DNA of 64,000 nt from Fimbriosthenelais zetlandica. Its lineage: Eukaryota. Every line of letters starts with the position of its first letter. Within the stretch, counting starts at the first letter, position 1. Where the stretch lies: positions 38,874,001-38,938,000 of the forward strand of contig OZ365109.1 of the NCBI GenBank assembly GCA_977030845.1, given 5' to 3'. This document shows, one piece after another, positions 59,236-64,000 of this stretch. Under the pieces are notes generated by a model, which did no database searches, was not told the DNA's origin, and worked only from the letters and a program-made list of their open reading frames with translations. Position numbers and translations under genes: made by a program.

Positions 59236-61619
59236 ATTGTAGGAATGGATGCCCTTTCAATCAATTGCCTTGTATATCGCCCATCATAGCTGGACACTTA
59301 ATTGTGTATTCGAACATCTATAATACAAACGTAGGCATGATTAAAATCTGAGGACAATACCGCAGCAATTATTACTAGAAATAGAACTACTTCTGTAAGA
59401 TGTTCACACCTACCTTTAATATGAGGGAGCCAGACTTCCAAAGTACTCGGCCGTGTGAATTGCTGGTGATAATTAGCAAGATGTCACGCATATGTTCCTC
59501 TGATAAGTGATATCAGAGCTAACCGTTTCCAAGCGTGGGTGGGTGTGAAGAGAGGAGAAAGAGGTAGTCTTACTAACAGCAGTTGTCTGGGAGTTCTTTG
59601 AATGTTGAAATCAATGCCAGGGTCGCTCAACAGGCGGAAGCTCCGATGAAGTTCAGTAAGCCTACTGACCTGCGAAGATAACACTTGGTTCTACCAGAAC
59701 CCGTTAAAACTATGCACAGCAATCTGATCAGCAACTATGTACAGTACAATTTCACCTGTGCTTCCAGGTACTTTTTATTGTTTCTCCCGTTTTTTGATGA
59801 TCAAGATGGTGTGATGCACCTGAATATATCTAGAAGGCCTACATCACAATAGGCTTCACTGTTGTTCAGCCGGCGGACATGCCTTCCTTACTTTGGTGTA
59901 GTGGAGAGGCCTTGAGAAGCGAGCAGCTGTGGCCGTCAGTAATCAAATGACACTGAAACTTTGGATCCTTGTCGGTGTGTATATTGGCTAGTACTCTCGA
60001 CACCAGGGGTTTATTTCAGTGACTCAATGTACTGCGTTACCCCGTAAATATACCATAGGTTAACGTTAGTCTCACTGCCGAAACCAGTTATCTTATAATG
60101 GAATACAATGAGACATTGATCTGTGAGAGCTGATGGGCCGCACGAACGGTGAAAACATGCAGATAATCGTGCATGTGGAGCCACTCACATACTCCACCTG
60201 CAGATTTGCGTGTTACAAGTGGTGTAACAAGCCAATTTGTGATATAAATCGTTTAAATGTCCTGGACTGACACTCGCATCTCCTGCGAGGCAATATTTGG
60301 ACTCATTCCTGATCTTCAAAATATCATATTGGTCTAATTGTGATCGCTTCATTGGCTCTGTCCCTATTCGTAGCATCGTCTAAGAAAACGATATAAGTCT
60401 AGCCCCCCTTTTTTGATACATGTAAATTACTTTTAAACAGGTACAATTGTAAAAATTAGCTATGTGTTATGTCTTATATAAGTCTAGGTAGTTCCCAGTC
60501 AACATTATCTTTCCCAAAAAATAACTTTCTAATGTGAATTATTTATATGAAATGAATTAATTGACATGAATATAGCTACTACTATACCTTCTCAAGTAAT
60601 CGCTGCTTTTAGCCACTTTTGTCTGGCTATACAATACATGCGTCCGAAAAAAAACCGCCCGACTTTTCATAGATTTGCCTTGTAACAAGAAGAAACCCAA
60701 GAAGTCAAACGCGCTTCCGTTGTGTCCCTACCATTATTCATGCTCAGGTATTTATTCTTTGTATGGTCTTTCTGATCTGCTCATTTTTGATACCATCAAA
60801 GTATATTAATGCTCACACCTCTTAGTTTATAATTGAGGCCGGTGTATAGTCCATGACTCATTGACAACAAAGTGCATCAATTCATTATGACAAGAACTTT
60901 AGTCCTAATTTAGATTCACACATAACGGCAAGCTTCAAAGCGCCACTGCATCAGCTCACCGTCACAGGTCCACAACTTTGTATAATGGTCTTTCATTATT
61001 GTAGAACTCAAGGAAAAGTGACTAACTTTACCCTGAGTCTGTTGGCCTTTATATCCATGGCTATCTTGTCCCAAGAATCTATTCTCTGAGACCACAGGCG
61101 ACGACCGATCGAAGTCTATTCTTCCAACGTTTTTGTTGTGAATTGTGGTTTTATATGAATGACCTTGCTGAACAAAGTGTATTGTGTTCAGTGATAATTC
61201 CTGATTGATTGTGATAGGACATTTAACCTTGGACTAACACAAAGCCATTCCTGGTTTTGATGTTGGTGTTATGATGTTCTAAAGCATCATTTTATATTTG
61301 GGCCTCACTGATCACAATGAGGTAATGGAGCTGATATACTTTGTAGTAGCAAGTTTCTATGACCATGATTAAACTTCTATGCACTATTTCTTGGCTAAGT
61401 TTGGTCTTCCATAGTTGCCTAACTTTGCAACTTCCATATGGTTTACATGGATCTATAGATATATTATATGAGGTAGTTAGGAATAGAACAGTTGCATCTT
61501 AGATAGGCATATCTTTTATTCCAATATTGCCAAGGAAAAAGACAATGATTCATTTGTTAAAAAGGTCTTGAAGATAGCTAGTTACACTTATTTCATGCAA
61601 CTAAATGGATCAGAGTGAT

Positions 61620-61725
61620 TTAGAGGCGTTTCACCGTCTCTGGTGCGGTGGCCGCCATCTTGAATGCAACGTCATGTCGAGGTAATACTCTGATTGGTCA
61701 TTTATTGGCCGACTTCCGGTTTGAT
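61620..61725 (-). promoter_or_regulatory. Promoter-like motif cluster between Amt-A and Amt-B
   Basis: On the - strand: CCGGAAGT, two CCAAT boxes, then CAAGATGGCGGC (YY1 consensus). It could instead be a repeat terminus. Confidence 0.4.
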
Positions 61726-62454
61726 TTGTATATTGTCAATGCGAGTGCATAGGCTGTGATATTGAGCATGATTATGAAACAAATCGCTATAATATAGCAT
61801 GACAGAGAATCACAGTCCAATTTATTTTTCTAAAAGGTATGTCACAGCAGTTGGAATTGAATAATTTATACACACTGAACATTATGTTAGATCGCTAATA
61901 ATAAATAAGATTCATGTTAGAATATATATTTTTCTAAATATTGTTCATTACAACGTACCTTACTCTTGCAAAAGTATAGCAATTTTATTGATTTACAAAC
62001 GAGTTTCCTCAATTATGGTTTGAGATATGGTATGTATGTCATAACCATTTTGTTGATGATGGTTTTGCAAATGATTGCCTTGAAAAATGGACGATTGATA
62101 CTGATTAGTTAGGGAGGGAGAAGAGAGTTCTTCCAATGATGTGTTTGGAGTTTGATCGATAGCGTTGTCGTTATCTGTAGAGCTTATGTCGAAACTGATA
62201 CTATTCCTTCCCCGTCTCCTTAATACTAACTGTAATTCATTCCTGAAATGTAGGAATAAAGCGAAGGATTAAAACAGGACCTCATTTATAGACAAAAATT
62301 TCCCAATGTATCTGACGGCCAGTTAATTCCTAAAAAAAAACTGGCTCATAAACAGCTGTGGTCACGCCAGACAAAATTACCTTAGGGTCAGTTAATTCCG
62401 TCTAACAGTGTATCATTCAGAAATTCCATTATTCTGAACGGTAATGTACATAAC

Positions 62455-62660
62455 ATCCTGAACCCACTGAGCTACGACCTCCCTACGATCTGCTTGAACA
62501 TGCTCAAAATAAGAACGTAGAGTGTTCCGATCCATGAAGAAAAACGCAGAGCACACAGGAACATGGTAGTAGGTTCATTCCACATACTTTTAAAATTGTG
62601 GATTGTAATTGGATCGTAAAGCAGATTGTAGGGAGATCGTAGCTCAGTGGGTTCTGGCTA
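62455..62660. mobile_element. MITE family F, 10 bp downstream of the Amt-A stop codon
   Basis: Inverted arms of ~36 bp; interior aligns to 37872-38098. Confidence 0.8.
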
Positions 62661-62669
62661 TTATTGTAC

Positions 62670-62942
62670 TCAGTGGCAGTATATAGGTACACACTTTTTG
62701 CAATTGTGCATGAATTCTCTGAAGAATATCATGTCGCTTGTCATGCCGTTGGTTTCTGCAGCCTCTGCATTGTGTTCTATAGAGCTGACATGACTCGCTC
62801 TGTCGTGGAACATGTCATCATGAGCTAACAGTTCACCCATAGACCGGCTGTACAGGTCATCCTGAACGCCATGTTCTATGACGTCACTTCCTTTCATCTC
62901 TTCTGGCCCCGAGAGACGTAAACCGATGGACAAATCGATGAT
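62670..62942 (-). CDS. amt: Amt-A exon equivalent to Amt-B exon 8 (C-terminal region)
   Basis: tcaactag| IIDLSIGLRLSGPEEMKGSDVIEHG... open to TGA at 62670. An alternative phase-2 donor AA|gtgtgt at 62694 is possible. Confidence 0.85.
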   Translation of the reverse strand: MIDLSIGLRLSGPEEMKGSDVIEHGVQDDLYSRSMGELLAHDDMFHDRASHVSSIEHNAEAAETNGMTSDMIFFREFMHNCKKCVPIYCH

Positions 62943-63312
62943 CTAGTTGAGTGAAAAAATGTTTTTAATTATTTATGTCAAAGAGATGGAAATCATTTAT
63001 GAAATATTGACAGGAAACTGTGGACAAGTACTCAGTGGAGATCAGAATCCAAAGAGATATCTAACTTGGCCATCAATTCCAATCGTTAATACGTATGTGA
63101 TAATGGAAACAGTTGTAATGGATATCGCTTCATCAATATTTGCAGAATCAATACAAATTAGCCCTACATGTATCTATAATCGCTAAAACATTGTGCAGTG
63201 CCAGCTTCATATAAGGGCACATAATATACATAATACCATTGATGAAAATGTCAAGAATTATAGATTCCACATTTTCGTTAGACAAGATGCCATTAAGAAT
63301 TGTGTCTTTTAC

Positions 63313-63458
63313 CTTGAGTAGAATATATGATGTGATGACTGTCCACACCACAAAGGAGACTGCAGCTAATGTTTGTACACCCAGCAAGTACCAGTTGCCT
63401 GTTTTGATGACTCCACCAGTCCCAGGGATAATACTGTAACGTTCATCGATAAATAATC
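63313..63458 (-). CDS. amt: Second ammonium transporter 'Amt-A' (5' part beyond the right edge), exon equivalent to Amt-B exon 7
   Basis: cactacag| GLFIDERYSIIPGTGGVIKTGNWYLLGVQ...YILLK |gtaaaa; same 146-nt length and phases as Amt-B exon 7; 27/49 aa identical by manual count. Confidence 0.92.
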
Positions 63459-63534
63459 CTGTAGTGGGAATAACATGGGGGAAAATCATGAATATACCTT
63501 GCATTTTGAGTAGACGTTTTAGTAAAGTAGGGGG

Positions 63535-63701
63535 CCTACTCCCCCTACAGTTAAACTGACCATCTTTGGTACTGACCAAAAGTGGTCTCTATAAGGAGGT
63601 GGTCGATTAAGAAGGGTATTTTAAACATAAAAGAAAGCCAGAAATTTGGCCGTTTAAAGGGTTGGTCGGTTTGTTGGGTGGTCGGAAGTAGGGGAGCACT
63701 G
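63535..63701. mobile_element. MITE family E
   Basis: Aligns to 19584-19738; ends CACTG-TA. Confidence 0.75.
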
Positions 63702-63713
63702 TAATTACATTTA

Positions 63714-63801
63714 CAGTCTGTTCACTCTAAGTTGATCCGAAACCACCATACATATGTGTACACTGTAGTTTCGGATCAACTTAATTAGAGTAAACAGACT
63801 G
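63714..63801. mobile_element. Small hairpin MITE with TA target duplication
   Basis: CAGTCTGTTCACTCTAAGTTGATCCGAAAC / GTTTCGGATCAACTTAATTAGAGTAAACAGACTG. Confidence 0.75.
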
Positions 63802-64000
63802 TACATTCCCCTATGTAGGTAGGGTTAACAAACTATTAATCCATTTTATGACCCTATAATATGTGACCTACAATACTCTTATGCTTTACGTCCCAATCCT
63901 ACAAAATGTCTTCACCAATTAGGTCACTTACGTGACTGTCAAGGTGTACAAATGGACTATTACAGTGACTAAAACCCAATTAATACATCATTGGCACCAA

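Noticed and set aside
1-64000. Autonomous transposon or retroelement
   Set aside because: No transposase, RT or integrase-length ORF or motif was seen; all repeats found are non-autonomous.

Overview
Eukaryotic, intron-rich, AT-rich animal DNA with two assembly gaps (30867-31076, 41086-41225). Amt genes, which vertebrates lack, point to an invertebrate bilaterian; the clade is inferred only. Nearly all entries in the ORF track are spurious. Splice-aware manual reading gives four genes. (1) A Na+-activated K+ channel of the KCNT/Slo2 family on the - strand, with an N-terminal exon at 4263-4378 and the rest off the left edge. (2) A complete FAM20B xylose kinase on the + strand, 7 coding exons, 435 aa, 8707-48799, head-to-head with KCNT across an ETS/NRF1/YY1-type promoter flanked by about 26 TAGGCCTA palindromes. 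(3) A complete 9-exon ammonium transporter (Amt-B, - strand, 574 aa, 53532-59235). (4) The 3' end of a tandem paralog (Amt-A, - strand, from 62670 rightward). The 35.5-kb FAM20B intron appears to hold antisense, phase-compatible alternative first exons of KCNT, so the two genes look interleaved. Amt-B has several oddities: Gly-to-Arg beside the Phe gate, a GC-AG intron, a terminal-exon acceptor inside a MITE terminal repeat, and a 72-bp coding duplication. The rest is non-autonomous repeats (two tRNA-derived SINE families and several MITE families). No transposase or reverse transcriptase ORF was seen. No database searches were run; family calls rest on recalled motifs.
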